Below are positions 9,264-19,050 of a stretch of DNA of 64,000 bases, in pieces. Source of the DNA: Spartobacteria bacterium (lineage in GTDB: Bacteria > Verrucomicrobiota > Verrucomicrobiia > Chthoniobacterales > UBA6821). The notes beneath the pieces were generated by a model. That model worked only from the letters and a program-made list of their open reading frames with translations. It was not told the DNA's origin and made no database searches. A program made the translations under genes and the position numbers. Every line of letters starts with the position of its first letter. Position 1 is the first letter of the stretch. The stretch lies in NCBI GenBank assembly GCA_947482345.1, contig CANKJN010000004.1:234-64233 (forward strand). Reading direction: 5' to 3'.

Positions 9264-10339
9264 AGCGTCGGGTAATCCGTATACCCCTTTGCCCCGGGAG
9301 AATAGAAGGTCGATTCGTCCGCTGCATTGAGTGGCGCCTTCCGCCTGAAGCGCTCGGGTAGGTCGGGATTCGCGATGAAAGACACGCCGAATGCGATCGC
9401 ATCGGCCCACCCCTCGGCGATGGCCGCATTGCCCGACTCGAGGGTGAATCCTCCGGCGGAGACGATGTTCCCGCTCCAAGCAGAGCGGAGCTCCTTCGGG
9501 CCGACTCCCTCCACCGCGCCGTGGGCGACGTCCTGAGAGGTCACCTGCGTGATGTGGGCGTAGGCGAGACCGAAGCGGTTGAGCTCGCGGAGCACATGGC
9601 TGAAGGTCTGGAGCGGATTGTCATCGTGCATGTCGTTGAAGATGCCGGCGGGTGAGAAACGGATCCCTACCCGGTCAGCACCCCAGACTCCGACCACGGC
9701 CTCGGTCACCTCGAGGGTCAGGCGCGCCCGGTTGGCGACCGAGCTTCCATAGAGGTCTCCGCGTTGGTTGGTTCCCGTGCGCAGGAACTGATCAAGCAGG
9801 TAGCCGTTGGCGTTGTGGATTTCCACGCCGTCGAATCCAGCCTCCTTGGCGAGCTTCGCGCCGTGGACATACTCGGCGATGATGCCGGGAATCTCGGCGG
9901 TCTCGAGGGCGCGGGGAGTTACATATTCCTCCATCGCTGTCCCGGTGAAGACCTGACCCTTCGGCTTGATGGCCGAGGGAGCGACGGGGAGTGCCCCTTC
10001 CTTCTGATAAGCGGGATGGGAGATGCGGCCGACATGCCAGAGTTGCAGGTAGATGTGCCCACCCTTCGAGTGGACCGCGTCGGTCACCTTCCTCCATCCC
10101 GCGACCTGATCCGCCGTGTGGATGCCTGGAGTGTTCGGATATCCGTAGCCGGAGCGAGAAACGGAGGTCGCCTCCGAAATGATCAGGCCGGCCGAGGCCC
10201 GCTGGGCATAATACTCGGCGTTGAGTTCATTGGGCACATGACCCTCGGCAGCCCGGCAACGCGTGAGCGGCGCCATGAAGATGCGATTTGGCAGGGCGAG
10301 CGGGCCGAGCTGGAGGGGAGAGAAGAGATCGGGCGTCAT
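9260..10339 (-). CDS. Old Yellow Enzyme family alkene reductase (NemA-like)
   Basis: NRIFMAPLTRCRA, QLWHVGRISH, GFDGVEIHNANGYLLDQFL, FIANPDLPERF, KGYTDYP. Confidence 0.93.
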   Translation of the reverse strand: MTPDLFSPLQLGPLALPNRIFMAPLTRCRAAEGHVPNELNAEYYAQRASAGLIISEATSVSRSGYGYPNTPGIHTADQVAGWRKVTDAVHSKGGHIYLQLWHVGRISHPAYQKEGALPVAPSAIKPKGQVFTGTAMEEYVTPRALETAEIPGIIAEYVHGAKLAKEAGFDGVEIHNANGYLLDQFLRTGTNQRGDLYGSSVANRARLTLEVTEAVVGVWGADRVGIRFSPAGIFNDMHDDNPLQTFSHVLRELNRFGLAYAHITQVTSQDVAHGAVEGVGPKELRSAWSGNIVSAGGFTLESGNAAIAEGWADAIAFGVSFIANPDLPERFRRKAPLNAADESTFYSPGAKGYTDYPTL

Positions 10340-10526
10340 GAGAAGGTGTTTAGGCTGAAGACTGTTGGACTGTTAGAAAAGGCTGGGGAAAAAGTGGTGC
10401 TCTGGCATACCTCACGTAGAAATGCGAAGATCGTGTGGAAGAATCCGTATCTTCTCCGCCTCTTCCTGAGTTCATGAGTTCCAGATTAAAATCTCTCCGC
10501 GCCTCTGCGGCTCCGCGGGGAAATCC

Positions 10527-10838
10527 TCAAAAAGGCAGGCCCGGGATGCCGAGTCCGGCCGTGAGCTTGCCCATCTCGTCAGCGGCGAGCTTCTTCGCAT
10601 CGGCGTTCGCCTGACGGACGGCGCTGAGCACCAGATCCTCGAGCATCTCGACATCGTCGGCGTTTACGACTTCGGGGGCGATGCGGATCGATAGGATGTC
10701 GCCAGCGCCGGTGGCCTTCACCGTCACCTTACCCCCTCCGGAGGAGGCCTCCACCTCGCGCTTGGCTAGGTCTTCCTGGATCTGGGCCATCTTTTTCTGC
10801 GCGTTGGCGGCGGCGCTCATCATCTTGGCAATGTTCAT
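10527..10838 (-). CDS. ybaB: nucleoid-associated protein YbaB/EbfC
   Basis: SSGGGKVTV, LEDLVLSAV motifs; canonical position downstream of dnaX. Confidence 0.92.
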   Translation of the reverse strand: MNIAKMMSAAANAQKKMAQIQEDLAKREVEASSGGGKVTVKATGAGDILSIRIAPEVVNADDVEMLEDLVLSAVRQANADAKKLAADEMGKLTAGLGIPGLPF

Positions 10839-10884
10839 GGAGTCGTTTTGGGATGGGTGCTTTTAGGAATTTCTTAAGGTCAAA

Positions 10885-12804
10885 TCAGGCTTTCTGCGGA
10901 GGATCGATCAGGATTTCGGCTTTGAAAATCTCCAGCGCCTTTCGGATGAGCGGATCGCTTTTGAACTCCTCCAGCTCCGCGGCACTGATCGCGGGGGTAG
11001 CGGGTTCCGGGGCCGTCTGCTTGGGTGCGGGTGCGGTGGCTTTGCCCGCCGTGCGGTTTGGTTCCGACACCTCCTTGGCAGATGGAGCGGGAGCGGAGAC
11101 CGGTTCCGGTTCCGGAGGAGCGGGCGGCTCCTCTCCGGTGAAGCGGTATTCGAAGGTGATCTTCACGCCGAGTGCCGCCGTGAGCTGCTCCTCGATTTTT
11201 TTCACCGCCTGCGGCCAGAAGAGTGTCTGCGTCTGCTGCTCAAGTGACGGGGGGAACTCCACCAAGATGGCATTGCCGATCCGCTCGATGAAGCGCCCAT
11301 CCTCAACCCATCCGAATTTCAGCGGCGAGTCGGCAGCCAGTTTCATCGCCACGTCCTGCCAGGGGTCGGAGGAACTGGGCGTTGGGAGTTGGGGGCTGGG
11401 AGTTGGGGGCTGGTAACCAAGGCTCTGGGAAGAGCCGCGGACGACTGACGTAGTCAGCCCCGCAGGGGCGGCACCGCTTCCTGGGAGGGAAGTGCCGTCA
11501 ACTGGGGATTCAACAGGTGCGGCTTTCGACTCAACCTTGGGCGGTTCGGTCCGGATGGGATCAACCGGAAGAGGGGCGGGTTTGGGAACTGGCGAAGGTG
11601 AGGGAGCCGGGGCTGGGGCAGCGACCGGTGCCGTGGGTCGGGGAGCCGGTGGGCGCGCCACAGGACGATCCGGGAGGGGTGCGCCACCGCGAAGCGCGGT
11701 GAGCGTGTCGAGCACGTCGCTGAGGCTTGCCTCCTCGAGGAGATGCACCCCTTTGATGAGCGCGACGTCGAGCTGGAGCTTCTTGTCGGTGGCCCAGCGG
11801 AGGCGGCCCTCGGCCTCGCCGAAGTGATCCAGCAGGACCAGGAGCTTCTCCTGGGAGATCGCCTCCCCGAGCCTCGCTTCCTCGGTCGCTTCCGCCGACG
11901 GGTGGACCTTGCCGATCAGGACATCGCGGAGCAATCCAACGAGATCGCCGAGCAGTCGTGCCAGATCCTTGCCGGCCTCGGCCTGACTCTTCACGACGGC
12001 CAGTGTGGCGGGCGTGTCGCGGGCGACGAGGGCTCCGGCAAGCTCCAGGACGATCTCACGCGGTGTGAATCCGAAGACGTTGTGGACATCAGCGGCACCG
12101 ATCGTCGTGCCGCAGAAGGCGACGACCTGATCGAGCATCGACTCGGCGTCACGCATGGCCCCGTCGGCCCCGCGCGCGATCGTGGCGGCGGCCGCGGGAT
12201 CGAGTGCGATCTGCTCGTTCTTCGCGATGTGCAGCAGATGGTCGGCGATGAGTTCCGGCGTCAACCGCCTCAGGTCGAAGCGCTGGCATCGGCTGAGGAT
12301 GGTGGCCGGCACCTTCTGCGCCTCGGTCGTGGCGAAGAGGAACTTCACGTGCTCCGGGGGCTCTTCCAGCGTCTTGAGCAACGCGTTGAAGGCCGCGGTC
12401 GAGAGCATGTGCACCTCGTCGATGAGGTAGACCTTGTACGGTCCGCGGGCCGGGGCGTAGGCGGCGTTCTCGCGAAGCGTGCGGATGCTGTCGACGCTGT
12501 TGTTGCTCGCCCCGTCGATCTCCATCACGTCGAGGCTGCGTCCCTCGGCTATCTCGACGCAGGCATCGCAGGTACCGCAGGGATTGTCGGTCGGCTCGCC
12601 CTTGTTGGAGAGACAGTTGAGGGCCTTGGCCAGGATGCGGGCCGAGGAGGTCTTCCCGACGCCGCGGGGCCCGACGAAGAGGTAGGCCTGCGCGAGCCGC
12701 TTGCCGGTGATCGCGTTCTGGAGCGTCCGGGTGATGTGTTCCTGGCCCACGACCTCCTCGAAGCGTTGGGGACGGTATTTGCGGGCGAAGACTCGGTAGC
12801 TCAC
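10885..12804 (-). CDS. dnaX: DNA polymerase III subunit gamma/tau
   Basis: ARKYRPQRF, GPRGVGKT, CGTCDAC zinc site, IDEVHML, ILSRCQRF; Pro/Ala-rich linker. Confidence 0.96.
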   Translation of the reverse strand: MSYRVFARKYRPQRFEEVVGQEHITRTLQNAITGKRLAQAYLFVGPRGVGKTSSARILAKALNCLSNKGEPTDNPCGTCDACVEIAEGRSLDVMEIDGASNNSVDSIRTLRENAAYAPARGPYKVYLIDEVHMLSTAAFNALLKTLEEPPEHVKFLFATTEAQKVPATILSRCQRFDLRRLTPELIADHLLHIAKNEQIALDPAAAATIARGADGAMRDAESMLDQVVAFCGTTIGAADVHNVFGFTPREIVLELAGALVARDTPATLAVVKSQAEAGKDLARLLGDLVGLLRDVLIGKVHPSAEATEEARLGEAISQEKLLVLLDHFGEAEGRLRWATDKKLQLDVALIKGVHLLEEASLSDVLDTLTALRGGAPLPDRPVARPPAPRPTAPVAAPAPAPSPSPVPKPAPLPVDPIRTEPPKVESKAAPVESPVDGTSLPGSGAAPAGLTTSVVRGSSQSLGYQPPTPSPQLPTPSSSDPWQDVAMKLAADSPLKFGWVEDGRFIERIGNAILVEFPPSLEQQTQTLFWPQAVKKIEEQLTAALGVKITFEYRFTGEEPPAPPEPEPVSAPAPSAKEVSEPNRTAGKATAPAPKQTAPEPATPAISAAELEEFKSDPLIRKALEIFKAEILIDPPQKA

Positions 12805-12869
12805 GGAGGAAGGAAGTTAAAAGCGCCGGTGGAAAAAGTCGAGGGACGAAGGAGCGGATCCCGTGGCGG

Positions 12870-14093
12870 CTACCGGCTTTCGGATTCGCCGGGCGAGGGG
12901 AGGGCGGGTTTCGCCTCCGAGAGATGGCCCATCATCTCCTGAAGGCGCTCGCGCACTCCGGGGATGAATCCCCTGTCTGCATGGAGCACCAGCAGGCAGA
13001 GCTCCCCGTTATGGAGGAAGCTGAGGGCTCCCTGCTCGGCATGGAGCGTGACGGCCGGCACGGCGCCGAGACCCATTCCTGCGGAGGACTCACGGATCTG
13101 GGCGAGCATCGTCATCGCCTGGCCGCTGAGCGTTCGGAGATCGATACCGGTGGAGGCATTTGAGGTGCAGAGAACCTTGTCCCCGTGGGCCAGAACGCAG
13201 GCCTTCAGACCGGGAAGCTCTCCCGCCTTGGAAATCACGCGCTCGAGCGTCAGCTTCTCCTCGGTCATGAAGAGGGCCTGCAGCGCGGAGGGGTCGGCCA
13301 GCCGATCCTGCGGATCGAGCTTCCAGAGCGACTCCACGGCCAGCGCCTTGGTGCTCGGATCAGATGCGATATCGGGCACCGCGGAAGGCATCACCTTCGC
13401 CTTTTCAACGGATACCTTTTCGACTGGTGCTTTTTCGACGGGCATCTCCCGGATCGGTTCGACTGCGGGGATCTCCTCTTTTCGGCGGCGGAAAATCGGC
13501 AACGACTCAAAGAGGCTTCTGCGTTGGGCTTGGTTCCGATCCGCTGTCAGTTCAGGGGTCACTGCAGGAAACTCGGGCATTGGTGGCAGGTCCTCTTCCC
13601 CGACCGGTTCCCCCAAGCCACCGCCTGAGGAGCGCGGATCTGCCACATCACTTGCATCTGCAACGTTATCTATCTCAATGACTAAAGTCTCCTTTTCTTC
13701 TTTGATCGGAGCGGCCGGTTCCTTCTCCGCCAGCTCCTCCCGACGAGTCACCATCCGGAAGTGAAGCGCCACCCATCCCGGCGGCAGGGTGATCCGTTCC
13801 CCGCGATCGCGCCCCTCGGGAATCTGCACCAGATCAGGCAGCAGATCATTCAGCCTGCCGAGGGCGATCCTCGGCGTGTTGCCTCCCAGCAGATCACTGC
13901 AGGGAATCCCGACCGTGCGCCCCGTCTCAGTTGCTTCGGACGCATCGGTGCGGATGAGTTCGGCGGGGAGGCGGGCACGCAGCTCCTCAACGGGAAGGGT
14001 CACCGTTTCGGGAGCCTCCTCGTAATAGCGGTAGCGGGGTGTCGCGTTGGTTGCAGTTGCCACGGGGTGATCTTCCGAAATGCCAACCCTCAC
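12870..14093 (-). CDS. multidomain protein with acidic linker and C-terminal Roadblock/LC7 (MglB-like) domain
   Basis: C-terminal ~110 aa (GELPGLKACVLAHGDKVL...VTLHAEQGALSFLHNGELCLLVLH) has the helix-strand pattern of Roadblock/LC7. GTG start is uncertain; the longer ORF overlaps hisI/thyA antisense. Confidence 0.6.
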   Translation of the reverse strand: MRVGISEDHPVATATNATPRYRYYEEAPETVTLPVEELRARLPAELIRTDASEATETGRTVGIPCSDLLGGNTPRIALGRLNDLLPDLVQIPEGRDRGERITLPPGWVALHFRMVTRREELAEKEPAAPIKEEKETLVIEIDNVADASDVADPRSSGGGLGEPVGEEDLPPMPEFPAVTPELTADRNQAQRRSLFESLPIFRRRKEEIPAVEPIREMPVEKAPVEKVSVEKAKVMPSAVPDIASDPSTKALAVESLWKLDPQDRLADPSALQALFMTEEKLTLERVISKAGELPGLKACVLAHGDKVLCTSNASTGIDLRTLSGQAMTMLAQIRESSAGMGLGAVPAVTLHAEQGALSFLHNGELCLLVLHADRGFIPGVRERLQEMMGHLSEAKPALPSPGESESR

Positions 14094-14159
14094 CGCAATC
14101 GCGAATCTGCGGTCGAGATTCTTCTTGCGAAGAATCGTCCCCGCCTCCGAAATGACCCG

Positions 14160-14546
14160 ATGCAATTGAATCTCAAATACGACGACCGGGGACTGATTCC
14201 AGCCATTGTTCAGGAGAGCGCCGAGAAAGGCGGGCGCGTGCTCATGATGGCCTGGATGAACGAGGATTCCCTCAGGCATTCCGTCGAGACCGGCTACATG
14301 CACTACTGGAGCCGCTCCCGCAGGAAGCTCTGGAAGAAAGGCGAGTCGAGCGGCCACACGCAGAGGATCCTGCGTTGGTTCGTCGATTGCGACCGCGACA
14401 CCCTCCTCTTCGAGGTCGAGCAGCACGGCGGCGCCTGTCACACCGGTTTCGCCAGCTGCTTCTATGTCGAGCTCGACAAGACCGGGAACGACCTTCCACC
14501 GCAGGAAGAGCCTCTCTTCAGTCCCGACAGCGTTTACAAAGCGTAG
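14160..14546 (+). CDS. hisI: phosphoribosyl-AMP cyclohydrolase
   Basis: [40 protein letters not shown]. Confidence 0.95.
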   Translation: MQLNLKYDDRGLIPAIVQESAEKGGRVLMMAWMNEDSLRHSVETGYMHYWSRSRRKLWKKGESSGHTQRILRWFVDCDRDTLLFEVEQHGGACHTGFASCFYVELDKTGNDLPPQEEPLFSPDSVYKA

Positions 14547-14562
14547 TCGATCACCCGTCCCG

Positions 14563-15357
14563 ATGATCCAGTACCACCGCCTTCTCCACCTCGTCCTCGA
14601 CCACGGGACGCGGAAAGAAGATCGAACCGGCACGGGAACGCTCTCCATCTTCGGCGCGCAGGAACGCTTCGACCTGACCAAGGGATTTCCGCTGCTCACC
14701 ACCAAGAAGCTGCACCTCCGCTCGATCATCCACGAGCTGCTCTGGTTCCTCAAGGGTGACACCAACATCGGCTATCTCAAGGAACACGGCGTCACCATCT
14801 GGGACGAGTGGGCCGATCCGAACGGCGACCTCGGCCCTGTCTACGGCGCGCAGTGGCGCAATTGGCGCACCCCGGAGGGCGGCTCCGTCGATCAGATCGC
14901 CCGCGTCGTCGAGGACCTCAAAAGGAATCCCGACAGCCGCCGCCACATTGTCAGCGCCTGGAATCCAGGCGAAATCGACAGGATGGCACTCGCGCCGTGC
15001 CATGCCCTCGTCCAGTTCTACGTCGCGAACGGCGAACTCAGCTGCCAGCTCTACCAGCGCAGTGCGGATCTCTTCCTCGGCGTCCCCTTCAACATCACCT
15101 CCTACGCCCTCCTCACCATGATGATCGCTCAGGTCTGCGGTCTGAAAGCCAAGGAATTCATCCACACCTTCGGCGACCTCCACCTCTACGTGAACCACCT
15201 TGATCAGGCCCGCCTCCAGCTCACGCGCGAACCGCGTCCCCTCCCGCGGATGCTGCTCAATCCCGCGGTGACCAGGCTCGAGGATTTCCGCTACGAAGAC
15301 TTCACCCTCGAAGGATACGACCCCCACCCCGCGATCAAGGCCCCGATCGCTGTTTAG
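14563..15357 (+). CDS. thyA: thymidylate synthase
   Basis: [45 protein letters not shown]. Confidence 0.97.
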   Translation: MIQYHRLLHLVLDHGTRKEDRTGTGTLSIFGAQERFDLTKGFPLLTTKKLHLRSIIHELLWFLKGDTNIGYLKEHGVTIWDEWADPNGDLGPVYGAQWRNWRTPEGGSVDQIARVVEDLKRNPDSRRHIVSAWNPGEIDRMALAPCHALVQFYVANGELSCQLYQRSADLFLGVPFNITSYALLTMMIAQVCGLKAKEFIHTFGDLHLYVNHLDQARLQLTREPRPLPRMLLNPAVTRLEDFRYEDFTLEGYDPHPAIKAPIAV

Positions 15358-15377
15358 AATGCGAAGCCGAAGAATAT

Positions 15378-15472
15378 TTCCCGCAGAGGCGCAGAGGCGC
15401 GGAGTTTTTAGACAAAACAACTGCAGGATTTCTTTTTCTTCATCTCTGGGACTCTGCGACTCTGCGCGAGAA
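15378..15472. repeat. inverted CGCAGAG(G)/CTCTGCG repeat element (family A); also 10493-10521, 19671-19698, 20513-20532, 41741-41886, 46076-46231
   Basis: Arms such as CCCGCAGAGGCGCAGAGGCGCGGAG and CTCTGCGCCTCTGCGCCTCTGCGCGAG recur in intergenic spacers. Confidence 0.75.
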
Positions 15473-15495
15473 TCTGCATTTTTCCTTTTTTTCAG

Positions 15496-15966
15496 ATGAT
15501 CAAGGCGATTGTGGCTATGGCCGAGAACCGGGTCATCGGGAATGCCGGTGCGATCCCGTGGCATCTCCCCGAGGATTTCAAATTCTTCAAGGCGACCACC
15601 ATGGGTCATGCGATCCTCATGGGCCGGAAGACTTACGATTCCATCGGCAAGCCGCTCCCCGGTCGGGAAAATATCGTCCTCTCCCGCACCATGCCTGTCA
15701 CTCCCGGAGTCACCGTGATCCGCTCAATCGATGAACTCAAGGAGCCCGAATTCACGCAAGGGGGCCGCGACTTGTTCGTGATCGGCGGTGAAGAGATCTA
15801 CCGACTCCTCCTCCCCATGGTTCAGGAACTCTACGTCACCAAAGTCCCCAGAACCATCGACGGCGACACCCGCTTCCCCGAGTTCGAATCACAATTTGAT
15901 GCGGGAACAAAGGTTCTCGAGAACAACGACTTTTCTGTTTGGAAGTATCGCAGAACAGCTCAATAA
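15496..15966 (+). CDS. folA: dihydrofolate reductase
   Basis: IVAMAENRVIG, IPWHLPEDF, MGRKTYDSI, PLPGREN, VIGGEEIY; follows thyA. Confidence 0.95.
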   Translation: MIKAIVAMAENRVIGNAGAIPWHLPEDFKFFKATTMGHAILMGRKTYDSIGKPLPGRENIVLSRTMPVTPGVTVIRSIDELKEPEFTQGGRDLFVIGGEEIYRLLLPMVQELYVTKVPRTIDGDTRFPEFESQFDAGTKVLENNDFSVWKYRRTAQ

Positions 15967-16064
15967 CCGACCCGGTTGTTATTTTTTGCGAGATCCGATC
16001 GCAATCACCTTTGACGTGGGAACAATTTTACGCCTAATAATTAGTTAACCATTGCTGGAGTATC

Positions 16065-16595
16065 GTGAAAAAACCCTTCGTCATCACAGCGCTTTTTGCA
16101 GTCGTCGTCTTCTCTGGTTGTCGCGAATCCAAACCAAGACAGACCCGAGATGAGCCTCCAGCTTCACCAACGACTGCGTCGCGCGAGCTCAAGCCCATTC
16201 CACAGAATGCCGTCGAAGAGGGTCGTAAGATTTTTGAGCGTGTTAAGTCCAGCTACCCACAAGCTGTGATTTCTATTTGGGGCTACAGCACACCCACGGT
16301 AGCTCTCTGGATGCCAGAATCCGATTGGAACAGCCTTTCCTCTCTTGAGCGCGGTAACTTGGGGTACTACGTTAAGTACCAAGTCCCCGCCATCCGCGCC
16401 AACCCCGGCCCTCATACTGGCATCTCGTCGAACGCTCCCATCTACTCCAAGCTCCTTTCTAAATGTAGCAGGATGTCCGATGACTCTTGGATGATTGGCA
16501 TCGGTCCATACGATTCTAAGGGCGAGCTCCTTCTCGACCATAAGGCCGTCACTGGTAGTCAAACTCCATGGTGCGCTAATGAAGATCCGAAATGA
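16065..16595 (+). CDS. hypothetical lipoprotein, lower GC than flanks
   Basis: MKK + hydrophobic stretch + FSGC lipobox; atypical codon usage. Confidence 0.65.
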   Translation: MKKPFVITALFAVVVFSGCRESKPRQTRDEPPASPTTASRELKPIPQNAVEEGRKIFERVKSSYPQAVISIWGYSTPTVALWMPESDWNSLSSLERGNLGYYVKYQVPAIRANPGPHTGISSNAPIYSKLLSKCSRMSDDSWMIGIGPYDSKGELLLDHKAVTGSQTPWCANEDPK

Positions 16596-16655
16596 CTGCT
16601 AAAGCTAACTGCTCCCTTCAGTTAACGCTGGCGTATCATCGGTGTTTTCTTAAAT

Positions 16656-16758
16656 AAGGCTTGGAAGATCAGATGGAGAGCAGGGCAGCAAAGGGAAGCC
16701 GTAGTATTCCTACGGTGACCGCAGGCCAACACAGTTATCCGCTGATATCCCAAGCCTT
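16656..16758. mobile_element. ~103 bp MITE-like element
   Basis: 17-bp terminal inverted repeats (AAGGCTTGGAAGATCAG / CTGATATCCCAAGCCTT, 15/17). Internal GGGAAGCCGTAG is shared with the element at 33855-34202. Confidence 0.5.
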
Positions 16759-16760
16759 CC

Positions 16761-17450
16761 CTAGTCGCGAGCTTGACGGGGGAGGATCTTAAGCGTCTGC
16801 GGCTCCACTCTTCCGATCGAATTCGCGGGCAGCACCCCCCTCCAGGAAGTTCCCGGGTAGATGATCGTATCGCGGCCGATGATGGAGCCGGGGCTTAAGA
16901 CCGCGTTGCAGCCGATTTCGGCGCGGTCGCCGACGATGGCTCCGAACTTCCGAAGGCCCGTCGGAATGATTCCTTCGGCGGTTTTCACGGTGACCGGCTG
17001 ATGGTCGAGCCGGACATTGGAGAGGATGGCTCCGGCACCGAGGTGTGCCTTGTGGCCGAGGATGGAATCCCCGACGTAGTTGAAGTGCGGGATCTGCGCC
17101 TCGTCAAAGATGAGGCAGTTCTTGAACTCGCAGGAGTTGCCCAGCACGACGCCGTTACCGACCACGACATTCTCACGGATGTAGGCGCCGTTGCGGATCT
17201 CGCATCCCTCACCGATCCATGCGGGGCCCTTGATCATCGCTCCTTGCTCGATGACCGTGCCGCGTCCGATGTGGACGGCGCCGCTGATAAAGGGCTTGCC
17301 GATGAGCTTGCCGAAGATGCCCGGCTTGAGCCGGAACTGCAGGTAGGTCGCGATCTTAGCCAGCGCCTCCCAGGCATGGGTCGTGTTCTCGAAAATGACA
17401 CTGTGCTCGGTGCGATCGAGATCGAGGAAATCTTCAGGGGCAAACATCAA
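16761..17450 (-). CDS. left-handed beta-helix acyltransferase (GlmU C-terminal-like)
   Basis: Hexapeptide repeats; IPHFNYVGDSILG, KFGAIVGD motifs. Confidence 0.82.
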   Translation of the reverse strand: MMFAPEDFLDLDRTEHSVIFENTTHAWEALAKIATYLQFRLKPGIFGKLIGKPFISGAVHIGRGTVIEQGAMIKGPAWIGEGCEIRNGAYIRENVVVGNGVVLGNSCEFKNCLIFDEAQIPHFNYVGDSILGHKAHLGAGAILSNVRLDHQPVTVKTAEGIIPTGLRKFGAIVGDRAEIGCNAVLSPGSIIGRDTIIYPGTSWRGVLPANSIGRVEPQTLKILPRQARD

Positions 17451-17637
17451 GGGAAAGGATGAATGATGAAGGATGAATGATGAAGAGTTTTCGGATGCAC
17501 CTCTGCATATATTCAGCGCCTGTCTATGGCTCCCTTGTTTTCAGGTTTTTTCAGCTCCTTTTCATCCCTCATACTTTGCAGTGGCTTTATTCTCTTTCCC
17601 AACAGCCTAACAGTCTAAACCGCTAACAGCCTCTGGG

Positions 17638-19047
17638 TCAGCTTTTGGTGACCCGTTGTCCGTCCTTGGTGTCCTTGACCACCCATCCGAGGTCGGCGAT
17701 TTTGTCGCGGAGTTCGTCGCTCTTTTTCCACTCCTTAGCCGCACGGGCGGCGGCGCGGTCGGCAAGTAGCTCCTCCACCTCCTGCGGGATCGCGGCGACG
17801 TCATCAGGCTGAAGAGCCAGCACACCATCCACACGGGCGAGCCATGCGAGAAGTCCGCGAGCCTGCGGCGGGGTCAGCCGTCCCTCATCCATGCTACGGT
17901 TGCTCTCACGCAGGGTCTCGAAGAGGATCGCCAATGCGCCTGAGATATTCAGGTCATCATCCAGTGCCGTGAAGAATCCCTCCGTCGTCGCGTCGGGCGC
18001 CTCCACGGCGGGTTCCGATCCGGCGGTCTCTGTCAGGCGCTCGCGCCATGCATCGAGCCGCGCCAGTGCCGTGCGAGCCGCCGCGAGTCCCTCCATGGTG
18101 AAGTTCAGAGCTCCCCGGTAGTGGACGGAAATCAGGGCGTAGCGGACTTCACGACCGGTCCATCCCTTTTCCAACAGATCCCGGAGTGTGAAGAAATTCC
18201 CCGCTGACTTGGCCATCTTCGATCCCTCGACCATGAGGTGGGCGCAGTGCATCCAGTAGCGGACGAAGGGGGCCTTCCCGTGACCCGCACACTCGCACTG
18301 GGCGATCTCGGCCTCGTGATGGGGGAAGATGTTGTCGACTCCTCCGCAGTGGATGTCGATGGTCTCGCCAAGCAGGCCGGTCGCCATGGCGCTGCACTCG
18401 ATGTGCCATCCGGGGCGCCCCTTTCCCCACGGGCTCTCCCACCCGACGGCTCCATCCTCCGCGACCCAGGCCTTCCAGAGGGCAAAGTCGGCGACGGCTT
18501 CCTTCTCGTACTCGTCACTCGCAACCCGCTGTCCGGGGCGCTGTCCCTCCAGATCGACATGGGCGAGCTTTCCGTAATCCGGGAAGGATGCGATGCGGAA
18601 ATAGAGGGAGCCATCCTCGGCCTGATAGGCGTGGCCGCGCTCCATGAGCGAGGCGATCATCGCAATCATCCGGGCGATCTGCTCGGGATCGGTGGCCGCC
18701 GGATAGGCCTCCGCTGGAACGAGCCGCAGGGTCTTTGCATCCTCGAAGAAGGCCTCCTTGAAGGGACGGGTGTAGTCGCCGAGGGCCATGCCGGAGGCAT
18801 GGGCTCCCCGGATCGTCTTGTCGTCGACATCCGTGAGGTTCATCACGCGGCGGACGGTAAAGCCTCTCTCCTGGAGATGTCGCTGGAGGAGATCTTCGAA
18901 GACGTAGGCCCGGAAGTTACCGATATGGGCGTGGGCGTAGATGGTCGGGCCGCACGTGTAGAGGGAAAGGGTCTGCCGCTCGCCGGGGCGGGGAACGATC
19001 GCCTCCAGCTTGCGGCTGAGGGTGTTGTGAACCTGAACGGCAACCAT
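17638..19047 (-). CDS. cysS: cysteine--tRNA ligase
   Basis: YTCGPTIY..AHIGN, GRPGWHIECSAM, DIHCGGVDNIFPHHE, KMAKS. Confidence 0.97.
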   Translation of the reverse strand: MVAVQVHNTLSRKLEAIVPRPGERQTLSLYTCGPTIYAHAHIGNFRAYVFEDLLQRHLQERGFTVRRVMNLTDVDDKTIRGAHASGMALGDYTRPFKEAFFEDAKTLRLVPAEAYPAATDPEQIARMIAMIASLMERGHAYQAEDGSLYFRIASFPDYGKLAHVDLEGQRPGQRVASDEYEKEAVADFALWKAWVAEDGAVGWESPWGKGRPGWHIECSAMATGLLGETIDIHCGGVDNIFPHHEAEIAQCECAGHGKAPFVRYWMHCAHLMVEGSKMAKSAGNFFTLRDLLEKGWTGREVRYALISVHYRGALNFTMEGLAAARTALARLDAWRERLTETAGSEPAVEAPDATTEGFFTALDDDLNISGALAILFETLRESNRSMDEGRLTPPQARGLLAWLARVDGVLALQPDDVAAIPQEVEELLADRAAARAAKEWKKSDELRDKIADLGWVVKDTKDGQRVTKS

Positions 19048-19050
19048 CGC

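Noticed and set aside
11195-11202. A7 run in dnaX as a programmed frameshift site for gamma
   Set aside because: Lies in the C-terminal domain, far from the usual position after domain III, and no clear stimulatory hairpin or SD was seen.
14094-14768. N-terminal extension of ORF 12870..14768
   Set aside because: Overlaps hisI and thyA on the opposite strand; non-protein-like composition.
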